Below are positions 29,887 to 39,814 of a stretch of DNA of 64,000 bases, one piece after another. Positions within the stretch are counted from its first letter, which is position 1. Each line of letters opens with the position of its first letter. The notes under the pieces were generated by a model. The model was not told the DNA's origin. It worked only from the letters and a program-made list of their open reading frames with translations, and made no database searches. The stretch covers positions 2,829 through 66,828 of the forward strand of contig JANMZO010000480.1 of NCBI GenBank assembly GCA_031383405.1. The letters are read 5' to 3'. This DNA is from Acidimicrobiia bacterium (lineage in GTDB: Bacteria > Actinomycetota > Acidimicrobiia > Acidimicrobiales > JANYDT01). The position numbers and the translations under genes were made by a program.

Positions 29887-30672
29887 TCAGTTTCGGGCCC
29901 GTGACGAACGTTTTTGGCGTCGACGACGCACCCGCCGCCGGACGCGACGACCCGACACATCAGGGAACATATTCGGACCCGACCACGTATCGCCGTCGTC
30001 GACCCTTCCGTCTACGCGGAGGAAGCCAGCATTGACACTCGCAACGGTGCGGGTTCGCTCATACACCCCGTTGCCGTTGCGGGAGCCGTCGATGTTCGTG
30101 TTGCCCTCGATTGTGGTAATCGTGCCGTCATCATGTACCCGCGTGACAATTCCGGTGTGCCCCCGACCGCGGCCGTGTGCCAGCAGGAAAATGTCGCCAA
30201 CACGCGGAGTCTTGGCCAAACGCCGATGAGCTCTTCCCCACCTGAATCCTTGAGCGACCTTCGCAAACCCTTTCCGGCCCTGAATTTCCGGAAGGGGCTC
30301 ACCGGCCCGGGCAAACACCCACGATACGAACATCGCGCACCACGCTTCGTGGTTCAACCCGTACCAGCGACCGAACTTGGAGTCGTTGTTGCGGCCTTCG
30401 CGGTAACCGATCTGGCTCCGTGCCACGTCGATCAGACGAACCGTGTCCGTGTCGGCGCGGCTCAAATCAGCGCCGACGCGGGCCGTTCGAGCGGCGTGCT
30501 GCTCCCACAGGCCGGCCAGACTGTGCAACGTGAAGGCAGGGTATTCCAACCGGCGGTCGGCGGTAAGGCGGTTGGCCCACGCGTTGAGTTCCACCTCGAA
30601 CTCATGGGCGCGGTAGCAGAACCGCTCCAGTTCGGAAGGAATCGCCGACACCGATCCCAGATGCTCCAACAA
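29887..30672 (-). CDS. CHAP-domain peptidoglycan hydrolase with helical N-terminal domain and Arg-rich tail
   Basis: ARSQIGYRE...WYG...AWCAMFVSW...GD...GHTGIV...TIEGNT (Cys/His/Glu of CHAP); TTG at 30672 with GGAGG RBS. Confidence 0.85.
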   Translation of the reverse strand: MLEHLGSVSAIPSELERFCYRAHEFEVELNAWANRLTADRRLEYPAFTLHSLAGLWEQHAARTARVGADLSRADTDTVRLIDVARSQIGYREGRNNDSKFGRWYGLNHEAWCAMFVSWVFARAGEPLPEIQGRKGFAKVAQGFRWGRAHRRLAKTPRVGDIFLLAHGRGRGHTGIVTRVHDDGTITTIEGNTNIDGSRNGNGVYERTRTVASVNAGFLRVDGRVDDGDTWSGPNMFPDVSGRRVRRRVRRRRQKRSSRARN

Positions 30673-30896
30673 CCAAAGACCTCCGACCAACGCCCGGATC
30701 CGGGCCGCTCCAACTCAGGTGGAGGGGAGTCTGACCAGCCTACGGACCAACCGGGTGGTCAAGGAAGGCGGAACATGCGCGCAGGCATCGGGTCAGCGTC
30801 GCCCTGTGCCTGCGGCGTGTTCACTGCGTCGCGCTTTTCGGGATCCGGGTGTCACGACAGGGAAGGCGGTGCGCCGACGCTCCGCCACGATCGGGC

Positions 30897-31424
30897 TCAG
30901 CGAGCGGGACCGCCACCGACCACGATCGGGTCCCCGCGCCATTTCGCACCCATGTCCTCGTTTTGTATGCGCTCCTGGAGGAGCACAATTCCTTCGAGAA
31001 GTGCCTCGGGGCGGGGTGGGCAGCCAGGTATGTACACGTCGACGGGGATGATCTGATCAACGCCCTTGGTAACGGAGTAGCTGTCCCAGTATGGGCCACC
31101 GCAGTTCGCGCAACTGCCCATGGAGATCACGTACTTCGGCTCCGGCATCTGCTCGTAGAGTCGCTTGATGGCCGGAGCCATCTTGTCGGTCACGGTGCCC
31201 GAAACGACAACAAGATCAGCTTGGCGGGGAGAGGCCGGGAAGGGAATCACGCCAAGCCGCATGACGTCGTAACGGGGCGACGCGAAGGCCGCACCCATCT
31301 CAATGGCGCAGCAGGCGAGTCCCCACTGGTAGCACCACAATGAATATTTGCGGCTGTAGTTGAGCAACCAGGTGATGGGCTTAGCGCCCTTTTTCCCAAG
31401 CAGACCGTTCTCGACTAGACCCAT
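30897..31424 (-). CDS. nuoB: Complex I subunit B (cluster 2)
   Basis: [29 protein letters not shown]. Confidence 0.96.
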   Translation of the reverse strand: MGLVENGLLGKKGAKPITWLLNYSRKYSLWCYQWGLACCAIEMGAAFASPRYDVMRLGVIPFPASPRQADLVVVSGTVTDKMAPAIKRLYEQMPEPKYVISMGSCANCGGPYWDSYSVTKGVDQIIPVDVYIPGCPPRPEALLEGIVLLQERIQNEDMGAKWRGDPIVVGGGPAR

Positions 31425-31780
31425 CGAAGGACCCCCTTCTTCCAGGCGTACACGAGACCGAGCAGCAGAATAAACACGAAGATGCCCATTTCGATGAGGC
31501 CGAATACGCCGAACGCCTCAAGCCGCAACGCCCACGGAAAGAGGAAGACGGCCTCCACGTCGAACATGACGAACAGAAGAGCGAATATGTAATAGCGGAT
31601 CTGACTCTGCGACCAGCCGACTCCGACCGGGTCGACCCCCGACTCGTAAGCCATCAACTTTTCCCGACCCGGGTTCTTCGGGCGAACCAGTCGGGAGATC
31701 GACAACGTGCCGCCTACGAGGACGAATGCCGCCATCGCGAGGAACACGATCGTGAGATACGAGCGGAGAAAATCGGACAC
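31415..31780 (-). CDS. nuoA: Complex I subunit A (cluster 2)
   Basis: [30 protein letters not shown]; GTG at 31780 preceded by TAGGAT. Confidence 0.94.
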   Translation of the reverse strand: MSDFLRSYLTIVFLAMAAFVLVGGTLSISRLVRPKNPGREKLMAYESGVDPVGVGWSQSQIRYYIFALLFVMFDVEAVFLFPWALRLEAFGVFGLIEMGIFVFILLLGLVYAWKKGVLRWV

Positions 31781-31867
31781 GATTGTTGATCCTACTGGTG
31801 ATCGGAGGAAACGAACGAAACGGAAGAGTTGGAGAGTTGTTGTCGTCGGGTCGGACACAAAGTCGTG

Positions 31868-33406
31868 CTACCGGAGAAACGCCTTGTCGGCGAAGTCCAG
31901 AAGTGCCTGCGGAACGATGCCGGCAAACAGCGTGAACGCGACCGCCACCACCAACGCGATGCGGGTTCCGATCGGCACCGTGAGCGACGCCGCGGACGGA
32001 GTCGATTCGACAGGGTCGTTCATGTACATCTGCACCATGAGGCGAAGGTAGGCGTAGGCCGAAACAACCGATGCCAACATGGCGACAATGGCGATGGCGT
32101 AGGAATGCACGTCGACGGCGGCCCGGAGCACACCGAACTTGGCGACGAAACCCGACGTCATCGGGATACCTGCTTGGGCAAGGAGGAACAGCGTGAGGGC
32201 GAGAGCCAGCGCCGGCGAACGCTCGCCCAGGCCCTTGTACGACTCGACGGCGTGACTACCGTCGCCCCGCTTACCGACAACGGTCACAACCGCAAACGTG
32301 CCAAGCACAACGAACGTGTAGGTCAACAGGTAAAACAGCGACCCGGCCATACCCTCGGTCGTGGCGGCCTGAAGGCCGATAAGGATGAAGCCGGCGTGGC
32401 TGATCGAACTGTAAGCGAGGACACGCTTTACATCGGTCTGCACCACCGCAAGAATCGAACCGACCACCATGGAGGCAATCGCAAGCGCCCAGATGATCGG
32501 CCGCCAGTCGAGCGAACGGGTACTGAGGGCGGTCAACAGAAGGCGGAGGAGTCCGGCGAAGCCCGCGGCTTTTGCCGCAGCAGCCATGAAGCCGGTGACC
32601 GGTGATGGTGAGCCCTGGTATACGTCGGGCGTCCACATGTGGAACGGGACGGCCGCAATTTTGAAGCCGAGCCCGACCACTAGGAATGCGAGACCAGCCG
32701 TTAGGAGACCGTTCTTGAGAATGATCTGCTGGGTGAGGTACGCCGCAATGTCGTTGAAGTTCGTCGAACCGGTCGCACCGTAGGTTAGGGCTATGCCGTA
32801 GAGGAAGATCGCCGACGAAAAGCTACCGAGCACGAAGTACTTCAGGGCGGCCTCCTGCGACTCCACCCGACGCAGATGTGAACCGGCCAGGACATAGAGG
32901 GCGATCGAGAGGATCTCAAGACCTAGGAACAACACGATGAGATCGTTGGCGCTGGCCATGACGATGCCACCCGAAGCGGAAAGCATCGCAAGGACGTAGA
33001 ACTCGGGACCTTCAAGGTCTTCGCGGCGGAGGTAGCCGTCGGCGATCAACACCGCGAGCACCAGCGCCGAGCAGACGACGGTCGTGACGAACACGGTGAA
33101 GCCGTCGACGTTGATGGCATCCGCGATGGCAGTGAACGCTCCTTTACGGATACGTATCCACTGACGCCACGCGGCGAACCCGGCCACGGCTGTGGTCGCG
33201 GTCGTAAACCAAACGTAGGTGCCGTGAATCCACTTCGTGTGACGGGCCAGGGATCCAACGACGAGAAGCAGAAACGCGCCGGCGATGAGAATCGTCGCTG
33301 GACCAACGGCTGTCCAGTCAACTGCAGGCATCTTCAACGCTTCGGGAAGTGCGTCCTGCAAATGAATCGCCCCAGTCAGGCTTGTGGCAATGGCGTTGAA
33401 CATCAT
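31868..33406 (-). CDS. nuoN: Complex I subunit N (cluster 1)
   Basis: EAALKYFVLG, FKIAAVPFHMWTPDVYQG. Confidence 0.95.
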   Translation of the reverse strand: MMFNAIATSLTGAIHLQDALPEALKMPAVDWTAVGPATILIAGAFLLLVVGSLARHTKWIHGTYVWFTTATTAVAGFAAWRQWIRIRKGAFTAIADAINVDGFTVFVTTVVCSALVLAVLIADGYLRREDLEGPEFYVLAMLSASGGIVMASANDLIVLFLGLEILSIALYVLAGSHLRRVESQEAALKYFVLGSFSSAIFLYGIALTYGATGSTNFNDIAAYLTQQIILKNGLLTAGLAFLVVGLGFKIAAVPFHMWTPDVYQGSPSPVTGFMAAAAKAAGFAGLLRLLLTALSTRSLDWRPIIWALAIASMVVGSILAVVQTDVKRVLAYSSISHAGFILIGLQAATTEGMAGSLFYLLTYTFVVLGTFAVVTVVGKRGDGSHAVESYKGLGERSPALALALTLFLLAQAGIPMTSGFVAKFGVLRAAVDVHSYAIAIVAMLASVVSAYAYLRLMVQMYMNDPVESTPSAASLTVPIGTRIALVVAVAFTLFAGIVPQALLDFADKAFLR

Positions 33407-35070
33407 TCAGCAGCCCTGACCGCGACCGTCGTGTCAGTCGCCGACTCGGCGGCCGTCGCTTCAGGATCCGCCACGTCAAAAGCGTCCTGGCCGCCCCGGT
33501 TCTTGGCGACGGCCGGTTCTTTGGCCTTGGACCTCTCTTCGACGTGTTGGATCAACTGTTTTACCGATGGATCAATACGATCGAGGATGGGCTTCGGATA
33601 GACACCCATACCGATTATGAGTACGAGGAGCGGCGCAATCACGAAACGCTCGCGCGTGGTCAGATCCCACATGTGGGCCCGATTCTCTTCGTCGGGCTCG
33701 CCGTGGAATGTGCGCTGATATGCCCACAGCAGATACAGCGCGGCGAGGATCACGCCCGTCGCAGCAACCACGGCCCACCAACGATGCGTCAGGAACGTGC
33801 CCATGAGAATCATAAACTCGCCGACGAAGCCGTTGAGTCCGGGAACACCGATGGAGCTGAGCATCACGATCGTGAACACACCGGCCATCACCGGGGCTAG
33901 TGTCTGGAGCCCCTTGAGCTGGGAAATTTCGCGTGTATGCCGGCGTTCATAGATCCAGCCCACGAGAAGGAACAGGGCGGGCGTGGAAACCCCGTGGTTG
34001 ATCATCTGCAGCACCGAACCCGACAGCGCCTGGTTCGTGATGGCGTAGGTGCCGATCACGATGAAGCCAAGGTGGGCGACGGACGAGTATGCGACAAGAC
34101 GCTTGAGGTCTTTTTGAACCACGGCGGTGAGGGCTCCGTAGATAATCCCGGTCACGCCCAGAGTGAGCATGACCGGACCAAACCAGACCGAGGCTTCGGG
34201 GAAAAGGTACAGACCGAAACGGATCAGACCATACGTACCCATTTTCAGCATCACGCCGGCGAGGATGACCGAGCCGGCCGTGGGCGCTTCGGTGTGGGCG
34301 TCGGGCAACCACGTATGCAACGGGAACACGGGCACCTTGATCGCGAACGCCAGGGCGAAGGCGAGGAACAACCAGCGGGCCGTGTTCTGTGGGAGGTTTG
34401 CCTGGGCCAGCTGGGTGATGTCGAAGGTAAGAACACCGAGCTTGGCTTTGGCCAGGAAGGCCAGCGTGATGGACGCAACCAGCATGAGCGCCGAGCCGAA
34501 CATCGTGTAGAGGAAGAACTTCATCGCGGCGTACTGCTTTTCGCCGTGACCCCAGCCGCCGATGAGGAAATACATCGGGACGAGCACGATCTCGAAGAAG
34601 ACGAAGAACACGAAAAGGTCAAGGCTGAGGAACACACCCATCACGCCGGCTTCGAGAAGCAGCAACCAGGCCACGTAGGGCTTGATGTTGTGACGCTCAT
34701 CGGGACCGAGAATGGCGATCGGGAACAAGATTCCGGTGAGAACGACGAGGAACAGAGAAATGCCGTCGACCCCGAGATTCCAAGAGACTCCGAATTGCTT
34801 GATCCACTCGTGTTTGGAACCGAACTGGAAGCCTGCATCGAGCTTCTCAAAATTTGTAAGCAGCCAAACGGTCATCGCCAATGTGACACCGGAGAAGCCG
34901 AGGCCCGCGACCTTCACGATCTCTTCCCGGCTCTTCGGGATCAGCGCAACAATCACTGCGCCGATGAGCGGAACGGCGATGAGCATCGTGAGAAGAGGGA
35001 ACGCCACCGGAACCGCCTCGTGGAGCGGTTCGGTCGTTGACACGGCCGCGAAGAGCTGAGACATGGCCAT
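33403..35070 (-). CDS. nuoM: Complex I subunit M (cluster 1)
   Basis: KFFLYT, KVPVFPLHTWLPDAH, MLKMG, FVGEF. Confidence 0.95.
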   Translation of the reverse strand: MAMSQLFAAVSTTEPLHEAVPVAFPLLTMLIAVPLIGAVIVALIPKSREEIVKVAGLGFSGVTLAMTVWLLTNFEKLDAGFQFGSKHEWIKQFGVSWNLGVDGISLFLVVLTGILFPIAILGPDERHNIKPYVAWLLLLEAGVMGVFLSLDLFVFFVFFEIVLVPMYFLIGGWGHGEKQYAAMKFFLYTMFGSALMLVASITLAFLAKAKLGVLTFDITQLAQANLPQNTARWLFLAFALAFAIKVPVFPLHTWLPDAHTEAPTAGSVILAGVMLKMGTYGLIRFGLYLFPEASVWFGPVMLTLGVTGIIYGALTAVVQKDLKRLVAYSSVAHLGFIVIGTYAITNQALSGSVLQMINHGVSTPALFLLVGWIYERRHTREISQLKGLQTLAPVMAGVFTIVMLSSIGVPGLNGFVGEFMILMGTFLTHRWWAVVAATGVILAALYLLWAYQRTFHGEPDEENRAHMWDLTTRERFVIAPLLVLIIGMGVYPKPILDRIDPSVKQLIQHVEERSKAKEPAVAKNRGGQDAFDVADPEATAAESATDTTVAVRAAE

Positions 35071-37019
35071 CAAAGTGCCGTCCGAACGAGTACGTATGCG
35101 ACCATCAACACGAGTCCTCCGACCAGGCCCAGCGCGTACTGACGCACATAACCGGTTTGTACCTTGCGAACAGTACCGCCGACCGCCTGAACGACAGTTC
35201 CAAACCCGTTCACGACGCCATCGATGATCTTCTTGTCGAAGACAAAGGCCGCGAAGTTGCTGATCGCCAGCCCCGGGACGGTGATGACCTTGCCGAGGAT
35301 GGCATCGATGCCATAGGCGCGCTTAAGAAGTGGAACTTCGAGTTCGGGCTGATCGGCCCCACGCTTCCACATCGACCATCCAAGGAAGATACCGACCAGG
35401 CCACACGCCACGGCGATGGCTGCGAGCGCGAACTTCGTGCCACCCCCGACGTGATGCGGTTCGCTCACAAACGCGTGGATTTCGGTACCGGGGATCAGGC
35501 CGGATTCGAGCCACTTAGCCAGGAATTCAAACTTGGCCCTGAACGGCGTGTTCATCAGGCCGCCGACGGTCGCCAGGCCGGCGAGAGCCACCAGTGGAAG
35601 CAACATGGTGACCGGAGACTCGTGCGGGTGTCCGCGATGGGCCGCGTCATGTTCATCCGTTGCGGCCACGGTATTCGCGTCGTGCAGAAAACGCTCCTTG
35701 CCGTAGAACACCAGAACGACCTGGCGGGTCATGTAGTACGCGGTCAGCAGCGCGGTTACCAGCCCGAGAACCCAGAGCGGTTTGCTGGTCTGGTAGGCAC
35801 CGAGGAGGATCTCGTCCTTGGACCAGAAGCCGGAAAACGGCGGTATGCCCGAAATGGCGAGCCAGCCGACCATGTACGTGGCCCACGTGATCGGCATCCA
35901 CTTCCGGATGTTGCCCATGAACTTCATGTTCTGGGGGTCGTCGTGTCCGTGCATGCCATGGATGACCGAACCGGCACCTAGGAACATCAGCGCCTTGAAA
36001 AACGCGTGGGTGACCATGTGGAAGATGGCGGCCACGTTTGCCCCGACGCCAACCGCCAGGAACATGTAACCCAACTGGCTGATCGTCGAATACGCCAACA
36101 CGCGTTTGATGTCGTCCTGTGCCGTGGCGATCGTGGCGGCGTAGAGCGCCGTGAGCCCTCCGGTCCACGCCACGACCTGCATCACACCGGGCGTGAGTTC
36201 GAGCAGCGGATGGATGCGGACCATGAGGTACACGCCGGCGGTCACCATGGTGGCGGCGTGGATAAGCGCCGACACGGGCGTCGGGCCTTCCATGGCATCG
36301 GGGAGCCAGACATACAGCGGGAGCTGGGCCGATTTGCCACAGGCACCCAGGAACAGCAGGAGACAGATCGCAACCACCGTCGACTGCGCCGGACGGTTCT
36401 CCTCGATGGAGCGGAACACGGCGTGGTACTGGAGCGAACCGGTCTGTTGGAAGATCAGGAACATAGCGGTCATGAGGCCGAAGTCGCCGATGCGGTTCGT
36501 GACGAACGCTTTCTTGCCGGCGCTCGACGCCGAGTCCTTTTCGAACCAGAACGAGATGAGCAGGTACGAGCAGGTACCGACACCCTCCCAGCCCAGGAAC
36601 ATCAGCAGGAAATTATCGGCCAGAACCAACATGAGCATCGAGAACACAAAAAGGTTCAGGTACGTAAAGAACCGTGGGAACCGCGGATCACCGTGCATGT
36701 AGCCGATTGCAAAGAGATGAATCAGCGTCGCGATACCGGTCACGAAAAGCACCATCGTGATCGACAGCGGGTTCACGAGCAACGCAACATCGACACCGAG
36801 CGACGGCATCCACGAGAACAGCACCCTGGTGAAGGCCCGCTCGTCCTCGTGCTTGCCGACCAGCGAAACGAACACGGCTGAGGCCGTGACAAAAGAGCCA
36901 CCGACCATCGCGGTGGCCAGATAACCACTGAGGGGCTCCCCGATGCGCTTGCCGACGAGAAGCAGAATGCAGAACCCGACAAGGGGGAGCGCGGGTATGA
37001 GCCAGACGAGATCGAGCAC
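35070..37019 (-). CDS. nuoL: Complex I subunit L (cluster 1)
   Basis: NRIGD, GKSAQLPLYVWLPDAMEGPTPVSALIHAATMV. Confidence 0.96.
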   Translation of the reverse strand: MLDLVWLIPALPLVGFCILLLVGKRIGEPLSGYLATAMVGGSFVTASAVFVSLVGKHEDERAFTRVLFSWMPSLGVDVALLVNPLSITMVLFVTGIATLIHLFAIGYMHGDPRFPRFFTYLNLFVFSMLMLVLADNFLLMFLGWEGVGTCSYLLISFWFEKDSASSAGKKAFVTNRIGDFGLMTAMFLIFQQTGSLQYHAVFRSIEENRPAQSTVVAICLLLFLGACGKSAQLPLYVWLPDAMEGPTPVSALIHAATMVTAGVYLMVRIHPLLELTPGVMQVVAWTGGLTALYAATIATAQDDIKRVLAYSTISQLGYMFLAVGVGANVAAIFHMVTHAFFKALMFLGAGSVIHGMHGHDDPQNMKFMGNIRKWMPITWATYMVGWLAISGIPPFSGFWSKDEILLGAYQTSKPLWVLGLVTALLTAYYMTRQVVLVFYGKERFLHDANTVAATDEHDAAHRGHPHESPVTMLLPLVALAGLATVGGLMNTPFRAKFEFLAKWLESGLIPGTEIHAFVSEPHHVGGGTKFALAAIAVACGLVGIFLGWSMWKRGADQPELEVPLLKRAYGIDAILGKVITVPGLAISNFAAFVFDKKIIDGVVNGFGTVVQAVGGTVRKVQTGYVRQYALGLVGGLVLMVAYVLVRTAL

Positions 37020-37021
37020 GT

Positions 37022-37357
37022 TCAGCCCTTCAACAGCGAGGCGCTGTCTGCCGTTGCGCCGATTTTACGACGGCGGAAGATGGACACGATGATTCCGAGA
37101 CCGACCACGACTTCTGCGGCCGCCACAACCATCGAAAAGAAGACGGCCACCTGCCCACCGATGTCGTTGAGAGACCGGGCGAACGTAACGAGCGCAAGGT
37201 TCGCTGCGTTGAGCATCAATTCCACGCACATGAACATCACCAGCACGTTTCGCTTGAGCAGAATGCCAACGGCACCGAGGGTGAACAGCACCGCCGAGAC
37301 CGACAGATACGCAGCGGTCGTGGGTCGGCCCACGGCGGAAAGAACGACAGCGGTCAT
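37022..37357 (-). CDS. nuoK: Complex I subunit K (cluster 1)
   Basis: [19 protein letters not shown]. Confidence 0.95.
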   Translation of the reverse strand: MTAVVLSAVGRPTTAAYLSVSAVLFTLGAVGILLKRNVLVMFMCVELMLNAANLALVTFARSLNDIGGQVAVFFSMVVAAAEVVVGLGIIVSIFRRRKIGATADSASLLKG

Positions 37358-37890
37358 GCGGCGATTCCCTCATCGAGAGGTTTGGGCTTCCGGGTGAGCA
37401 GCACTGCACCGACTACGGCGATGACCAGCAACACCGAGGTGATCTCGAACGCGAACAGGTAGCGGGTGAACAACGATTTGCTCAGGGTTTGTACGTTGGT
37501 TTCGGGGCCCGTCGCCACACCCGCCGTGCTGGCCTTGCCGAGCACGAAGTTGACCCGGCTGATCAGGATCAACTCCGCCAGGGCAATCGCTCCGACGAGC
37601 CCCGCCGCGATCCTTTGACCTTTCAAAGGTTCACCGGTGAGGCCATCGTTGCGGTCGACGCCAAGAAGCATAATGACAAACAGGAAGAGAACCACGATTG
37701 CACCGGCGTACACGATGACCTGCACCGCGGCAAGGAAGTGGGCTCCCTGAGCCACGAAAAGCACGGCGACACCGAAGAGCGTCTGCACAAGCGACAGCGC
37801 GGCATGCACCGGATTCCTCATGGTGAGCACACCAACGGCGCCGACCAGCGCCATCAGCGAACCGACGATGAATACGATCCAATCAACCAT
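37354..37890 (-). CDS. nuoJ: Complex I subunit J (cluster 1)
   Basis: [28 protein letters not shown]. Confidence 0.95.
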   Translation of the reverse strand: MVDWIVFIVGSLMALVGAVGVLTMRNPVHAALSLVQTLFGVAVLFVAQGAHFLAAVQVIVYAGAIVVLFLFVIMLLGVDRNDGLTGEPLKGQRIAAGLVGAIALAELILISRVNFVLGKASTAGVATGPETNVQTLSKSLFTRYLFAFEITSVLLVIAVVGAVLLTRKPKPLDEGIAA

Positions 37891-38579
37891 CAGTGTTGGC
37901 CACCCCCATGTGAGGCACCGTGGGATGCGGTGGCCGTAGCCCGAACCGCGTCGTTCACAGCCTCGGCCTCGAGAGCGGAGCGGCGTTCGATCTCGACCGA
38001 CTGGCCGACTTCGGGGGCCCGGTCGCCGTAGCCAAGATCGCCCGACCAGAGCACCCTACCCTCAAACGTGATGTCTCCTCCGGGAGCAGTGGCGCGCATC
38101 CATCCAGAGATCGGGATTTCAGCGCCGCGGTCGTCTTCCCATGGCTGCACGCGGGGATTTCCGTTGTCATCGACAACCAGTTCGGCCTTCGTGTAGATCG
38201 CGTCGCGACGGTTCGTGAAGCTGAACTCGAAGATCTTCGACTCAGTGATCGCTTCGGTCGGGCAGGCCTCTACGCACAAGTCGCAGTGGATGCAGCGGAG
38301 ATAGTTGATTTCGTACACGAAACCGAACCGCTCCCCCGGAGATGTCGGGTTGTCGGGATCGTTGTCAGCTCCGCGCACATAGATACATTTCGCCGGGCAA
38401 ACGCCAGCGCAAAGCTCGCAACCAATGCACTTCTCCATGCCATCTTCATAACGGTTCAGCACATGGCGACCGTGAAAGCGCTCGGGCTTGGGACGAAGGG
38501 TGTCGGGATAACGCTCGGTACGAACGTCGCCGCGCCAATGTTCGAGCAGCGGAATACGGAAGCCTTCCAGGTAGCCCAT
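37890..38579 (-). CDS. nuoI: Complex I subunit I (cluster 1)
   Basis: [24 protein letters not shown]; start set at ATG 38579 (MGYLEGF). Confidence 0.95.
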   Translation of the reverse strand: MGYLEGFRIPLLEHWRGDVRTERYPDTLRPKPERFHGRHVLNRYEDGMEKCIGCELCAGVCPAKCIYVRGADNDPDNPTSPGERFGFVYEINYLRCIHCDLCVEACPTEAITESKIFEFSFTNRRDAIYTKAELVVDDNGNPRVQPWEDDRGAEIPISGWMRATAPGGDITFEGRVLWSGDLGYGDRAPEVGQSVEIERRSALEAEAVNDAVRATATASHGASHGGGQH

Positions 38580-38581
38580 AG

Positions 38582-39814
38582 CTACAACCTTCCGGTCGAG
38601 AGACGCTTGCCTGTTGCCGCACCGGCCGCCAATTCCTGATCTGATGTCTTTCGACCAACACGCATCGCCGCAGAGAGTAGACCCCAAACGGCAGCGATTC
38701 CTGCACCCGCAAACAGAAGGTTGCGGAACACCTCGGCCCGGTTGCCCTTGGCCACGTCGCCGGCGGCCAAAAGAAGCAGCCAGAGTAAAGATGCCGGGAT
38801 CAGCTTCTTCCAACCCAGATCCATGAGCTGGTCGTAGCGGAAGCGGGGCAGGGTGGCTCGCAGCAGCACGTAGACGTAGAGAAGCACGATCAGCTTCAGC
38901 ATGAACCAGAGCGGCGATATCGCTCCGAAGAACGGAACGTCCCACGGGATGCGCGGGCCGCCAAGGAACAGAGTGATGATCAGCGCCGACATCGTAATGG
39001 TGTTCATGAACTCGGCAAGGAAGAAGAACGCGAAGCGCGCCGACGAGTACTCGGTGTGGAACCCCCCAACCAGCTCGGATTCCGCTTCAACGAGGTCGAA
39101 GGGCGGACGGTTGAGCTCAGCAGTCGCTGCGATGCAAAAGATCACAAACGGGACCACCACGGTGGTGGCGACGTTCCATCGGTACCCCGACTGGGCGGCC
39201 ACGATGCCCTGCGTCGAAAGGGTGCCACTTTTCAAGATCACGGCCGCGAGCGAGAGCCCGAGCGCGGCTTCGTAGCTGACCATGTGCGCACTCGCACGCA
39301 CGGCCCCCATCAACGGGTACTTCGATCCGCTCGACCAACCGGCGAGCATCACGCCGTACACCGCGATACCCGATAGCGCCAGACTGAACAGCACGCCCAT
39401 CGGGGGGTTGGCCAGCTGAAGGTACGTCGAGTGCTTTCCGTAGTGAACCAGACCACCCAGCGGGATGATCGCGAACATCAGGAACGCAGGCACAGCGCTG
39501 AGGTAGGGAGCCAGCCGGAACACCCACTTGTCGGAGCGCTCCGGGAACAGATCCTCTTTAAAGAACAGCTTGGTGCCATCCGCGAGGGTCTGAAGCAGAC
39601 CGAAGGGTCCGGCCCGGTTCGGGCCTACCCGGTTTTGCATCTTGGAGATCGCTTTACGTTCGAACCAGACCATCAACATGACACCGACGAGGCAGAATAC
39701 GAACGAGACCAGGACCTTCACCAAGATGATGAGGATCGGCCAACCCCAAAAATCGAAACCCGCCGAAAACAGCGGATCACCCTGTTCAGTTGCGAGGATC
39801 AGACCCATGCTCAT
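38582..39814 (-). CDS. nuoH: Complex I subunit H (cluster 1)
   Basis: ERK...[34 protein letters not shown]. Confidence 0.96.
   Translation of the reverse strand: MSMGLILATEQGDPLFSAGFDFWGWPILIILVKVLVSFVFCLVGVMLMVWFERKAISKMQNRVGPNRAGPFGLLQTLADGTKLFFKEDLFPERSDKWVFRLAPYLSAVPAFLMFAIIPLGGLVHYGKHSTYLQLANPPMGVLFSLALSGIAVYGVMLAGWSSGSKYPLMGAVRASAHMVSYEAALGLSLAAVILKSGTLSTQGIVAAQSGYRWNVATTVVVPFVIFCIAATAELNRPPFDLVEAESELVGGFHTEYSSARFAFFFLAEFMNTITMSALIITLFLGGPRIPWDVPFFGAISPLWFMLKLIVLLYVYVLLRATLPRFRYDQLMDLGWKKLIPASLLWLLLLAAGDVAKGNRAEVFRNLLFAGAGIAAVWGLLSAAMRVGRKTSDQELAAGAATGKRLSTGRL

Noticed and set aside
29800-30896. Mobile element carrying the CHAP gene
   Set aside because: No transposase, integrase, terminal inverted repeats or target-site duplication found by eye.
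37890-38945. Long N-terminal extensions in the ORF track (nuoI1, nuoN2, nuoC2, cyt b6, hemL, greA)
   Set aside because: They overlap upstream genes or promoter regions; better-supported downstream starts exist.
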